Virus record (IMG/VR): IMGVR_UViG_3300023174_003433
Coordinates: 32,001-96,000 of that record
Length of the DNA: 64,000 bases
Reading direction: 5' to 3' (one strand)
Origin: a virus
The notes beneath the pieces are model-generated. The model saw only the letters and a program-made list of their open reading frames with translations. It made no database searches and was not told the origin of the DNA. The position numbers and the translations under genes were made by a program. Of this stretch, positions 9,001 to 18,054 are shown in pieces; within the stretch, counting starts at the first letter, position 1; each line of letters starts with the position of its first letter.

Positions 9001-11450
9001 GTACTATCACCTATTTGTCCTCTGTAATTACCTCCCCATGTAAATAAGGTACCACCAGAACGAATAGCTGCTGTATGAGAACCACCAGCAGATACAGCAG
9101 TCCATGAGCTGGATCCTATTTGAACTGGACTGGATAGTGAAACAAGATTATTTCCAACCGTTACTGGACTGCTTTGCCTGAACCGTGTGCCAAAACTAAT
9201 TTGTCCTAATTGGCCATAATTATTAATTCCCCATGTAAATAAGGCACTATAAAAACCACTAGAACGAACAGCTGCTGTATAATATCGGCCAGCAGACACA
9301 GCAGTCCATGAACTAGATCCTATTTGTACTGGACTGGATTTATCAGCAGTTGTACCATCTCCCAATTGGCCTTGGGCATTTCGACCCCATGTAAACAAAG
9401 TACCACCAGAACGAATAGCTGTTGTATGATCGTTACCACCAGACACAGCAGTCCATGAGCTGGATCCTATTTGAACTGGACTGGATCTAGATGTGCTTGT
9501 ACCATCTCCTAATCGACCTTGGCCATTAGATCCCCATGTAAACAAGTAACCATCAGAACGAATAGCTGCTGTATGATAAGCACCAGCATTTACAGCAGTC
9601 CATGAACTAGATCCTATTTGAACCGGACTGGATTTAGCAACAGCTGTACCATCTCCTAATTGGCCATAATTATTTTGGCCCCATGTAAATAATAAATTAT
9701 CAGAACGTATAGCAATTCCATGTCGAGCACCAGCATCTACAACAGTCCATGAGCTGGATCCTATTTGTACAGGACTGGATCTATTGGTGGTACCACCATC
9801 TCCTAACTGACCAGTACTATTATATCCCCATGTAAACAAGGTACCACCAGAACGAATAGCTGCTGTATGAGATAAACCAGCAGTTACAACAGTCCAAGAG
9901 CTGGATCCAATTTGAACTGGACTGGACCTATTAAAACCAGAAGTCCCATCACCCACTTGTCCTCTGTAATTACCTCCCCATGCAAACAAATATCCATCAG
10001 AACGAATAGCTGCTGTATGAGTACCACCAGCAGCCACAGCAGTCCAAGAGCTGGATCCAATTTGAACTGGACTAGATTTACCAACAATTGTACTATCTCC
10101 TAATTGGCCTTGGGTATTTCGACCCCATGTAAATAATAAATTATCAGAACGAATAGCTGCTGTATGGTAACCACCTACAGACACAACAGTCCAGCTAGAT
10201 AAATTTGTTAGTGACTCATTTCCAATTTGGCCCGCACTTCCAAGACCCCATGTAAACAAGTATCCAATATTATTAATAGCTGCTGTATGAGTACCACCAG
10301 CACTTACAGCAGTCCATGAGCTGGATCCTATTTGAACTGGACTAGATTTATCAGCAGTTGTACCATCTCCTAATTGGCCTTGAAGATTATATCCCCATGT
10401 AAATAAGGTACCACCAGAACGAATAGCAGTTGTATGAAAAAAACCAGCATCTACAACAGTCCATGAGCTGGATCCTATTTGTACAGGACTGGATCTATTG
10501 GTAGTTGTATTATCTCCTAATCGACCGTTTCCATTACCTCCCCATGTGAACAAGGTACCACCAGAACGAATAGCAACTGTATGAACATAACCAGCACTCA
10601 CAGCAGTCCATGAGCTAGAGCCTATTTGTACTGGACTGGATCTAGTGGTAGTTGTACTATCTCCTAATTGACCATAATTATTTCGTCCCCATGTAAATAA
10701 TAAATTATCGGAACGAATAGCAGCTGTATGAGAACCATTAACAGACACAACAGTCCAGCTAAGCAAAGCTGTTGTATCTCCTTGCCCCAACTGGCCAGAA
10801 CCATTAAGTCCCCATGTAAATAAGGTACCACCAGAACGAACAGCCATTGTATGAAGAGCACCAGCAGCTACAGCAGTCCATGAGCTGGATCCTATTTGTA
10901 TTGGACTGGATTTATTGGTAAGTGTACCATCTCCTAATTGGCCTTGACCATTATATCCCCATGTAAACAAGTAACCATCAGAACGAATAGCTGCTGTATG
11001 ATTACCACCAGCAGCCACAGCAGTCCATGAACTGGATCCTATTTGTACTGGACTAGATTTATTGAAAGTTGTACTATCTCCTAATTTGCCATATTGATTA
11101 AATCCCCATGTGAACAAAGTACCACCAGAACGAAGAGCAGCTGTATGTCTAAATCCAGCAGACACAGCAGTCCATGAGCTGGATCCAATTTGAACTGGAC
11201 TGGATCTAGTGGTAGTTGTATTATCACCTAATACGCCATTATTATATCCCCATGTAAACAAGTAACCATCAGAACGAATAGCTGCTGTATGAGAACCACC
11301 AGCACTTACAGCAGTCCAACTGGATAAAGGTGTTGTTACAGTTGTTCCTAACTGGCCATAAGCATTATTTCCCCATGTGTATAAAAATTTATTCTCGGCT
11401 GGAGCAGCTGCAGAAGCACCTTTAGCTAAAAGTTGTTCAATGAATAACAT
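6084..11450 (-). CDS. Giant RCC1-repeat beta-propeller protein (35 blades), probable virion adhesin
   Basis: 35 (T/A)WG-xN-xx-GQLG repeats of about 49-51 aa, consensus WTAVSAGGxHTAAIRSGGTLFTWGxNxxGQLGDGTTxxxSSPVQIGSSS. Confidence 0.92.
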   Translation of the reverse strand: MLFIEQLLAKGASAAAPAENKFLYTWGNNAYGQLGTTVTTPLSSWTAVSAGGSHTAAIRSDGYLFTWGYNNGVLGDNTTTTRSSPVQIGSSSWTAVSAGFRHTAALRSGGTLFTWGFNQYGKLGDSTTFNKSSPVQIGSSSWTAVAAGGNHTAAIRSDGYLFTWGYNGQGQLGDGTLTNKSSPIQIGSSSWTAVAAGALHTMAVRSGGTLFTWGLNGSGQLGQGDTTALLSWTVVSVNGSHTAAIRSDNLLFTWGRNNYGQLGDSTTTTRSSPVQIGSSSWTAVSAGYVHTVAIRSGGTLFTWGGNGNGRLGDNTTTNRSSPVQIGSSSWTVVDAGFFHTTAIRSGGTLFTWGYNLQGQLGDGTTADKSSPVQIGSSSWTAVSAGGTHTAAINNIGYLFTWGLGSAGQIGNESLTNLSSWTVVSVGGYHTAAIRSDNLLFTWGRNTQGQLGDSTIVGKSSPVQIGSSSWTAVAAGGTHTAAIRSDGYLFAWGGNYRGQVGDGTSGFNRSSPVQIGSSSWTVVTAGLSHTAAIRSGGTLFTWGYNSTGQLGDGGTTNRSSPVQIGSSSWTVVDAGARHGIAIRSDNLLFTWGQNNYGQLGDGTAVAKSSPVQIGSSSWTAVNAGAYHTAAIRSDGYLFTWGSNGQGRLGDGTSTSRSSPVQIGSSSWTAVSGGNDHTTAIRSGGTLFTWGRNAQGQLGDGTTADKSSPVQIGSSSWTAVSAGRYYTAAVRSSGFYSALFTWGINNYGQLGQISFGTRFRQSSPVTVGNNLVSLSSPVQIGSSSWTAVSAGGSHTAAIRSGGTLFTWGGNYRGQIGDSTSGDANSKSSPIQIGSSSWTVINAGAAFTAAIRSGGTLFTWGFNSGGQLGDGTTTSSSSPVQIGSSSWTAVSTGGYHAGAIRSDNLLFTWGINTAGQVGDSTLTNRSSPVQIGFINIVQSSPVVIASSASWTVVSTGYAHVAAIRSDGYLFTWGYNNPGCLGDGTTTSRSSPVQIGSSSWTAVSTGAKHTVAIRSGGTLFTWGFNNNGQLGDGTTTSSSSPVQIGSSSWTAVAAGSVNDHTAAIRSDGYLFTWGYNNNGQLGDGTTTSSSSPVQIGSSSWTAVAAGRRHSTAIRSGGTLFTWGQGIFGQLGDGTNVSKSSPVQIGSSSWTAVAGGQYHAVAIRSGGTLFTWGFNSAGQLGDGTTALKSSPVQIGSSSWTAVGAGRYHTGAIRSDGYLFTWGNNSQRSDGRLGDGTLTNRSSPVQIGSSSWTAVSGGDAHTAAIRSGGTIFTWGYNFHGQLGDGTSGAINSKSSPVQIGSDFASMSWTVVTAGLSHSAAIRSDGYLFTWGGNTGGQLGDGTAVAKSRPVQIGSSSWTAVSAGGRHTAAIRSGGTLFAWGYNGQGQLGNSSIVSRSSPIQIGSSSWTAVSGGGNSSVSRGHTAAIRSDNILFTWGYNQSGQLGDGTGGSLTNKSSPITVGNNVVVILPSPLLIGSSSWTAVAAGGTHTAAIRSDGRLFTWGVNAGQLGDGTTTSRSSPVQIGSSSWTAVGAGRDHTAAIRSGGTLFTWGNNTYGQLGDGTSTSRSSPVQIGSSSWTAVAGGLSHTVAIRSGGTLFTWGLNSNGQLGDGTGGFGTQKSSPVQIGSSSWTAVAAGPGSIHTAAIRSGGTLFTWGSNSVGRLGDGTLINRSSPVQIGSSSWTAVSAGGNHTAAIRSGGTLFTWGYNGQGQLGDGTSGSINSKSSPVQIGSSSWTAVSAGGVHTAAIRSGGTLFTWGYNGSGRLGDGTLTSRSSPVQIGSSSWTAVSAGGDAHTVGIS
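6110..11330. repeat. Coding tandem repeat (about 147-156 bp period) underlying the RCC1 blades
   Basis: Near-identical block GCAGTCCATGAGCTGGATCCTATTTG(T/A)ACTGGACTGGAT recurs in most blades. Confidence 0.9.
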
Positions 11451-11945
11451 TTAATTTTCTAATGATGGCCAATTGACTTGAGCAATATTCACAACCTCAT
11501 TTTCTGAATATACTTGTATAATATCTCTTAGAGCTTGTCGATATATAATCCATTTATTTTTGGTGTTTTCATCAAATAAATTTTGTACATCTTGTAATTG
11601 AGTCCAATCAGAACTAACTAACAATTCATTTCTTTTTTTTCTTAGTTCTTCTATAAATCTATATTTTAAAGTAGAGAATTCTTCAACAGGTTCTGGTTGT
11701 CTTTCAGTTATAATAATACTTTCTAAAACATCATTCTCTCTAATCTCATAATTATATCCACTTACATAATGGGTTAAATCATTCCACGTTTCATTTTGTT
11801 TAGTTACAGGATACCAACCTACAGATTTTAAAAAAGGCAAATCATCAGCAGCCAAATTTAGTCCGCTTACATTTCTCCAATTATTAGGTAGTAAGTCATA
11901 CTGACCTGTAATTTCATTATTTTCTATGTGTACCCAATTTGCCAT
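11451..11945 (-). CDS. Phage tail fibre assembly chaperone-like protein
   Basis: LRKKRNELLVSSDWTQLQD...WIIYRQALRDI...VNWP motif. Confidence 0.8.
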   Translation of the reverse strand: MANWVHIENNEITGQYDLLPNNWRNVSGLNLAADDLPFLKSVGWYPVTKQNETWNDLTHYVSGYNYEIRENDVLESIIITERQPEPVEEFSTLKYRFIEELRKKRNELLVSSDWTQLQDVQNLFDENTKNKWIIYRQALRDIIQVYSENEVVNIAQVNWPSLEN

Positions 11946-11957
11946 TTTTAATATCCG

Positions 11958-12518
11958 TTATTTGCTGTCTACCATAGAGGCCACACCTCGCCAATTTAAA
12001 CCGCCGTCATCTGTGATAAATGTTAACACATCAACACCGGCCGCTGTAAGAGATGGAGCTGTACCTCCAGGCCATTTGACTGCCGAAGGCCAAGTTAATG
12101 CTGCAGAGCCTCCATTGGTAAGCTCTAAAACAAAACCGATGGCAGCCGGCGGTGCAATTGGATTAGAAAATACCCAAGTTGTAACACCCGTTACAGTTGC
12201 TGATACATAATTACCTAAAGTTAAATCTATGGTTCTAGTACCAGAACCAGCACCCAATACATTATGTGTTGTACCATATTGAGTAATTGCTCTGTTACTG
12301 TTTATGTATGGAGAACCCAATATAGAATATGAATTGGCTGTTATGATACCAGTATGCGAACTTAATAAAACTTCTACGTTGGTGACTTGTGTGCCACCAA
12401 CAGGTAAAGTTTTGAAAAGCCGATTTGATGTTGGGTCATACACCTCATCACCAAGCCGTTGGCCGTTTAATGAGGTGTTTGCCGATACTACATGCCGAAT
12501 ATAATCCCGAGAGGACAT
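11958..12518 (-). CDS. Tail-fibre-associated adaptor protein
   Basis: C-terminal LTWPSAVKWPGGTAPSLTAAGVDVLTF module common in phage fibre genes; start MSSRDY at 12518 with GGAGG RBS. Confidence 0.6.
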   Translation of the reverse strand: MSSRDYIRHVVSANTSLNGQRLGDEVYDPTSNRLFKTLPVGGTQVTNVEVLLSSHTGIITANSYSILGSPYINSNRAITQYGTTHNVLGAGSGTRTIDLTLGNYVSATVTGVTTWVFSNPIAPPAAIGFVLELTNGGSAALTWPSAVKWPGGTAPSLTAAGVDVLTFITDDGGLNWRGVASMVDSK

Positions 12519-12528
12519 TTTACCTCCC

Positions 12529-15429
12529 TTAAGCTTGTGCCTCTGACCAACTAAAACGAGCGGCAACGTTAGCTGCACCACCTAATGGAGTAATACACAA
12601 AGTTAAAATATCTGGACCATCAGGATAAATTTGCAATGCTGTGTTTGATACGGCATTGTTTACACCGCCACCTAAAATACTATTACCAATATCACGCAAC
12701 CTTACTAAATCTTGAGAATCTGTATTATTTGCTGGTGTAAAGCCGGTCCAAATTGATTCACCACCATTAATTACAGCTGCTGGTCCATGAATAGCATACT
12801 GTGCTAAAGAAGAACCTCCAACTGGCAGATAAGTTCCTGAAGAAACACGACCATTCAAAACCAATTCAGCACGAACAGCATTATTAGAAGCAAAAATACC
12901 TATTGAAGCGGGAGCTAATTGCATACGGTTAATAATTTCACGTTGTCCTAAAACACCAGCAGTACCATTGTCAATTGATGGTGCTAGGCGAACACTAAAC
13001 ACCGGATAACGTATTGCTGGGCTTGGATATGTTTGTTGAGTATTTTGTCCAAAATTAAAAATAAATGATTTATCATCATCATAACGGCCGTCCATAATTA
13101 CAGAAGAACCCCAGTGACTAACTGTTGATGCTTGGCCAGGTGAATAAGATTCAACACGAACAGGAGCTGTACCACCAGGATTGACTGCTGTAGCACCAGT
13201 AACGGTAAATGTTGTTGCTGTGCTAGTACCTAAAGCAATACCACCAGTATTTGCTGAGTTGCGTTGTAGTCCTGTAAATGTTGTTGCTGTTTTACCTGTG
13301 TAGTAAATATATTCAATTGCACCACCAGTATCAGCAGCTGCATAAACTAATAATACACCAACAGGTGGGAAGAATGTTGTATCATTAACTGTCATTGATG
13401 TTGCACCAGCAGCCAATGTAGCAGTTAAGAATGTTGTAACAGGAATTGTATTTGTTTCGTAACGAGCAGGCAAGTTACCAGAACGCATATATGCTTCTGT
13501 GTTGATGTTGTTGTTTGGCATACGATGGCAATAAATTACTTCTCCACGAGTGTTCTTAAATCCGAAACGAACAGCACCTGCACCATACCAAGAATAGTCG
13601 GCATAGAACATTTGCATTCTTGTTAAATCTAGATTGAATAAACTTGCACCAGTGCCATCACACCGGTCAATATTCCATTGCGATTGAGGTACACGTAAAT
13701 CAACTGTTTTACTAATTTGGCAAGCAGACGATGTTACGCCACGATACTCAGGATAAATGTACATTAAAGTATCAGATACAATTGTTTGTACCAGATATGA
13801 TTGGCCACGAATGACAATATAATCATTTGGTTTTAGTTGTTGACTGAAACGAGTGCTTGTACCAAATACAGCACCGTTACCAGAAACAACAGAACCAACA
13901 CCAGATAATTGTAATGTGCTTGAACGTCTAACTGCATATAATGTTTGGCCATCATATTCAAAGAAGAAACCGTTTTGTGAATCAAACATACCAACACGAT
14001 TAGCAGCACCATACCAAGAATATGGTGAAACATTTAGTGGAAATCCAGATGCTGTTGCAGATGATGGTACTGAGTTTGCTGTGTAAGTAAACTGTAAAGG
14101 AGTATTTGCACCAGTCACGGTAAACAATCCATTGTATGCCGTTTCTGTTGCACCTGAAATTAAAATTTGTGAGTTGGCACCAAGACCATGAGCGAACTTG
14201 GTTGTTACTGTACAAGTCGTACCAGAACTTGTAATACCATCAGTTGCAACTGCTGGTTTTAGAATAGAACCGGTTGAAAATTGAATACCTTTACCGGACT
14301 GATAACGGAATTGACGGCGTGTCTGACGAATAACTTGATAACCATGGAATGGAGATACGTTAGAGAATTGAACACCGCCATCAAATGGACGATGCTGAAC
14401 ATAACCTAATGGACGTGGATAAATTGACGCATTGGCGGGAGCTGTAATTGTTCCTGTTGCGGCACAAGAGAATGTAAATATGTTAGTATTAGGTGTATTA
14501 GCAACAACCCAAGAACTGTTAATAAGTCCTGTATTGCCTGTGGCACCAGTAACATAAAATCCATCACCGACTCGAAAGCCATGAGCATTGGCTGTTGTGA
14601 TTGTACCAACTACACCGTTCAAAACGATGGTACCACCTGCTGCACCTGAAGAAGGTAACGCAGCGCCAGTATAATATGCACCAATAAATAAAACTGTTTT
14701 ATTAGAATCAAATAAAGCAGCTGCAGGAGTGTTTATTACTGTATATGTAAAGTTGGCATTAGGAGAAACGCCTTCAACAATCCACCATCCATCAGCGTTA
14801 GCATTATCTAAAGTACCTTGTACAAAAATAGGAGTGCCAGCAGTAATACCTGTTGTATTATTAATTGCTACTGTTACTGTTTTACCGGATGCTGTAACGT
14901 TAGTAATTTGATATGAACCAGCAGAACCAACGTTAGTAGAACCAACAAATGCTACGTTAGCAGAAATGTTTGAAATACTTTGTGTAGGATCATAAAAAGC
15001 ACCAGGACGATTGTTAAGAAGATTAATTGATTCCCATTTTGTTGGCTGAGGACCATATTCAAAGTCTGTATCAATCAATGCCTGTGGAGTAGATACACGC
15101 ATTTTGTCCACAGGATCACGTAAAACTTCATTTGGAGTAATTTCTTGATAAGTTTCTTCTGTAAGAATAGATAACTTATCTGTCGAGTTCATCGAGCCAG
15201 TAGCAAAAGCTAATACAATAGTGGTTGTTTCTAAACCACTAACTGTATTGGACGAATTGGTAAATGAAGTTGCTTGAAGTGCTGGATCGGAGAAATTATA
15301 AATGACTGTGCCAGAAGTTGTATTGGTAATCAATAACAACTGCTCTCTACGAATGTTTTTACCAGATACCGTAACGGTTCTTGTTGACGGGGTAAATGTG
15401 TAACTTTCTAATATAACATGCTTTGCCAT
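12529..15429 (-). CDS. Large virion structural/fibre protein with repeated small beta domains
   Basis: Three related segments (TVTVAINNTTGITAG, TITTANAHGFRVGD, TVTTKFAHGLGAN); S/T/G/N-rich; lies in the fibre cluster. Confidence 0.6.
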   Translation of the reverse strand: MAKHVILESYTFTPSTRTVTVSGKNIRREQLLLITNTTSGTVIYNFSDPALQATSFTNSSNTVSGLETTTIVLAFATGSMNSTDKLSILTEETYQEITPNEVLRDPVDKMRVSTPQALIDTDFEYGPQPTKWESINLLNNRPGAFYDPTQSISNISANVAFVGSTNVGSAGSYQITNVTASGKTVTVAINNTTGITAGTPIFVQGTLDNANADGWWIVEGVSPNANFTYTVINTPAAALFDSNKTVLFIGAYYTGAALPSSGAAGGTIVLNGVVGTITTANAHGFRVGDGFYVTGATGNTGLINSSWVVANTPNTNIFTFSCAATGTITAPANASIYPRPLGYVQHRPFDGGVQFSNVSPFHGYQVIRQTRRQFRYQSGKGIQFSTGSILKPAVATDGITSSGTTCTVTTKFAHGLGANSQILISGATETAYNGLFTVTGANTPLQFTYTANSVPSSATASGFPLNVSPYSWYGAANRVGMFDSQNGFFFEYDGQTLYAVRRSSTLQLSGVGSVVSGNGAVFGTSTRFSQQLKPNDYIVIRGQSYLVQTIVSDTLMYIYPEYRGVTSSACQISKTVDLRVPQSQWNIDRCDGTGASLFNLDLTRMQMFYADYSWYGAGAVRFGFKNTRGEVIYCHRMPNNNINTEAYMRSGNLPARYETNTIPVTTFLTATLAAGATSMTVNDTTFFPPVGVLLVYAAADTGGAIEYIYYTGKTATTFTGLQRNSANTGGIALGTSTATTFTVTGATAVNPGGTAPVRVESYSPGQASTVSHWGSSVIMDGRYDDDKSFIFNFGQNTQQTYPSPAIRYPVFSVRLAPSIDNGTAGVLGQREIINRMQLAPASIGIFASNNAVRAELVLNGRVSSGTYLPVGGSSLAQYAIHGPAAVINGGESIWTGFTPANNTDSQDLVRLRDIGNSILGGGVNNAVSNTALQIYPDGPDILTLCITPLGGAANVAARFSWSEAQA

Positions 15430-15433
15430 TTAA

Positions 15434-18019
15434 TTAATCTCCTAGTGCTATAGTAGCGGCTGAATATGGATATCTTCTATTTTGTGAAGCTGATGAACTA
15501 TTTATAAGCGTTAGAATCGCTTGGTCACCTGGTGCAGGTGGGTTGTAAATTACCAATTGAGAACTGGTATTACTACTTACCACCCTATGACCTTTAAAGG
15601 AATCATATGGTATTAACCATGGGTACCGAATCTCTGTTACATACGGTGCCAATTTAGCACCATTAATAATGACTTCCAGATTTCTGGAGTTCATAATGTT
15701 AATTACATTTGACTGTTCCGACCTCAAATCAAATACACATTTAAGGTTATCAAACTGATTAGTAATATCATTTAGAACTACGGATGGTGATGGAGTGACT
15801 ACGTTATTTGCAAGAACTGAAGTTACTATCTCAACACCACCAGAAACAAATACAGTATTGGAAATTAAATTTCCTGTTAGAACTATTGTATTGTTAGAAG
15901 CAACAAAGAATGAATTACTATTACTTAAATAACCTGTTGAGTTAGCAACGATGATTGTATTGGCTAACCATCCAAATCCGCCACCTGTGGCAGCTGTTGT
16001 TTGTTTTGTGCCATCAGCAAACGTAATACCATTGGAACCAGCAAAAAATGTATTGGCTGCACTAATGTTTGTATTGGAATAAATGGCACCATTGGCATAT
16101 AAAGCCCAAGAATTAGTTACAGTAAGATTCGTATTAGCAACATTAATTGATGGAGCATTTATATGAACTGTTGATAAATTTCTATAAGTTACTGGTGCAG
16201 GTGCATTTCTTAATATTGGACCAATAAAATAATTATAATATATTGGTTCTGCTATTGTTCCTGTATCGGAGATATCCACAAAAGTGGATCCTTTAACAAA
16301 TAAACTTCCTCCTAAAGCACTACCAAAGGGTCCACTTAGATTACGCAAAGAAAAGCCGTTATTGGTGCTACCACTGGTAGTTAAACCATTTTGTAAAACG
16401 GTGCCTCCGGTACTCGTAAAACTAAACGATGTCAATGAGGCAATCCAGCTAGCACCGGCGATGTAGGCACCACCAGCCATTTGTAAACTACCCGCCACCG
16501 GAAAACTACTTCCAGCATTTGTTCCAGTGAGTACCAAATTAGCCGCAGTGAATGTATTGGCTAATTGTAAATTATTATTAGATTGAAAAAATTGTAAATT
16601 ACTTGTGTTTGAAAGATAACCAGTAGAGTTAGCAACGATAACTGTATTGGCTGTCCAGCTAGATAATGTTTGATTGATTGCTGTATTACTATAATCCAAC
16701 CTTACATTCTGGCTGTTATCTACACCTTGTATAATAGTAATGGCTGTGTTACTGTAATCAATTCTTACATTTTGGCTTGCATCAGTACCTTCAATTACAG
16801 TTAATCTGGTATTTTGAGTAACATCAGTGCCTTGAATAATGGTGATGGCTGTATTACTATAATCCAACCTTACATTCTGGCTAGCATCTGTACCTTCAAT
16901 TACAGTTAATCTGGTATTTTGAGTAACATCAGTACCTTGAATTATGGTGATGGCTGTATTACTATAATCCAACCTTACATTCTGGCTAGCATCAACACCA
17001 TCCGCAATGGTCATTCTAGCGTTCTGGCTAGTATCAGTACCTTCTATAATAACCATTCTAGCATTTTGGCTTACATCTGTACCTTCAATAATAACCATTC
17101 TAGCATTTTGGCTAGTGTCTGTACCTTGAATTATGGTGATAGCTGCATTGCTATAATCTAAACGGACATTTTGGCTTGCATCAGTACCTTCAATTACAGT
17201 AAGTCTGGTGTTCTGGCCAACATCCACACCTTGAACAATAGTAATGGCTGTATTGCTATAATCCAATCTTACGTTTTGGCTAGTATCAGTACCTTGAATA
17301 ATAGTTATAGCTGTATTGCTATAATCTATTCTAACGTTTTGACTAGCATCTACACCATCCGCAATGGTCATTCTAGCATTTTGGCTAGTATCAACACCTT
17401 GAATTATGGTGATAGCTGCATTGCTGAAATCTAACCTTACATTCTGACTAGCATCTACACCTTGAATAATGATAGTGTTTGCCGAGGCACTATTTGCAGT
17501 ATCTCTGGCCGCTTGGTCAATCGATGTGCCGCCACCGCCACCACCAGAACCCATAACCCAAGGTAATCCGTTAGCCGCATATCGTAATATGTCAGTATAG
17601 ATACCATTTGATCCTGCACTTGTGCCACCAACATAGATATTACCTGTTACACCGACACCACCAAAAACAACTAGTTCACCAGTCGTATTTGAATTTGAGG
17701 TTGTTGCAGATGTGTTGGCACCAATAACAACACTACCATTGTATTGTGCTAGATTAACACGACCAGTATCCAGCACCTCAATACTAGGAATACCAGAGAT
17801 GTCATTGACGGAGAATAAAGAACCAGTTAGATTGTTGGTAATTGAGAATAGTTGACCAGCAGAACCTTCAAATGATAGAGTTCCATTAGATGTAGGATAA
17901 GCCCGAATGGTGATATTGGCTGAATTGGATGTGGTATTGGCCGCAGAAAAGACAATCGTAGGATCATTATTGGATCCAACATTGGGCGTTATTAGGATAT
18001 TTTTATCTAGATTACTCAT
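15434..18019 (-). CDS. Tail fibre protein with heptad-repeat stalk
   Basis: N-terminal LSFEGSAGQLFSI..LFSVNDISGIPSIEV module; array of IIQGTDxxQNxRL / YSNTAIT units. Confidence 0.75.
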   Translation of the reverse strand: MSNLDKNILITPNVGSNNDPTIVFSAANTTSNSANITIRAYPTSNGTLSFEGSAGQLFSITNNLTGSLFSVNDISGIPSIEVLDTGRVNLAQYNGSVVIGANTSATTSNSNTTGELVVFGGVGVTGNIYVGGTSAGSNGIYTDILRYAANGLPWVMGSGGGGGGTSIDQAARDTANSASANTIIIQGVDASQNVRLDFSNAAITIIQGVDTSQNARMTIADGVDASQNVRIDYSNTAITIIQGTDTSQNVRLDYSNTAITIVQGVDVGQNTRLTVIEGTDASQNVRLDYSNAAITIIQGTDTSQNARMVIIEGTDVSQNARMVIIEGTDTSQNARMTIADGVDASQNVRLDYSNTAITIIQGTDVTQNTRLTVIEGTDASQNVRLDYSNTAITIIQGTDVTQNTRLTVIEGTDASQNVRIDYSNTAITIIQGVDNSQNVRLDYSNTAINQTLSSWTANTVIVANSTGYLSNTSNLQFFQSNNNLQLANTFTAANLVLTGTNAGSSFPVAGSLQMAGGAYIAGASWIASLTSFSFTSTGGTVLQNGLTTSGSTNNGFSLRNLSGPFGSALGGSLFVKGSTFVDISDTGTIAEPIYYNYFIGPILRNAPAPVTYRNLSTVHINAPSINVANTNLTVTNSWALYANGAIYSNTNISAANTFFAGSNGITFADGTKQTTAATGGGFGWLANTIIVANSTGYLSNSNSFFVASNNTIVLTGNLISNTVFVSGGVEIVTSVLANNVVTPSPSVVLNDITNQFDNLKCVFDLRSEQSNVINIMNSRNLEVIINGAKLAPYVTEIRYPWLIPYDSFKGHRVVSSNTSSQLVIYNPPAPGDQAILTLINSSSASQNRRYPYSAATIALGD

Positions 18020-18046
18020 TGAACATTCTTCTTATTGGTTACCTAT

Positions 18047-18054
18047 TATTTATA
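18047..18054 (-). promoter_or_regulatory. T4-type late promoter TATAAATA
   Basis: Exact consensus 28 nt upstream of the 18019 start. Confidence 0.75.

Noticed and set aside
6110-11330. CRISPR-like array (a ~39-nt near-identical repeat at regular spacing)
   Set aside because: The period is about 150 nt, the intervening sequences are homologous to each other, everything lies in one open frame, and no cas genes are present.
6084-11450. Diversity-generating retroelement target
   Set aside because: No reverse transcriptase or non-coding template repeat is in the window, and the variation includes indels and non-adenine changes. An RT elsewhere in the genome cannot be excluded.
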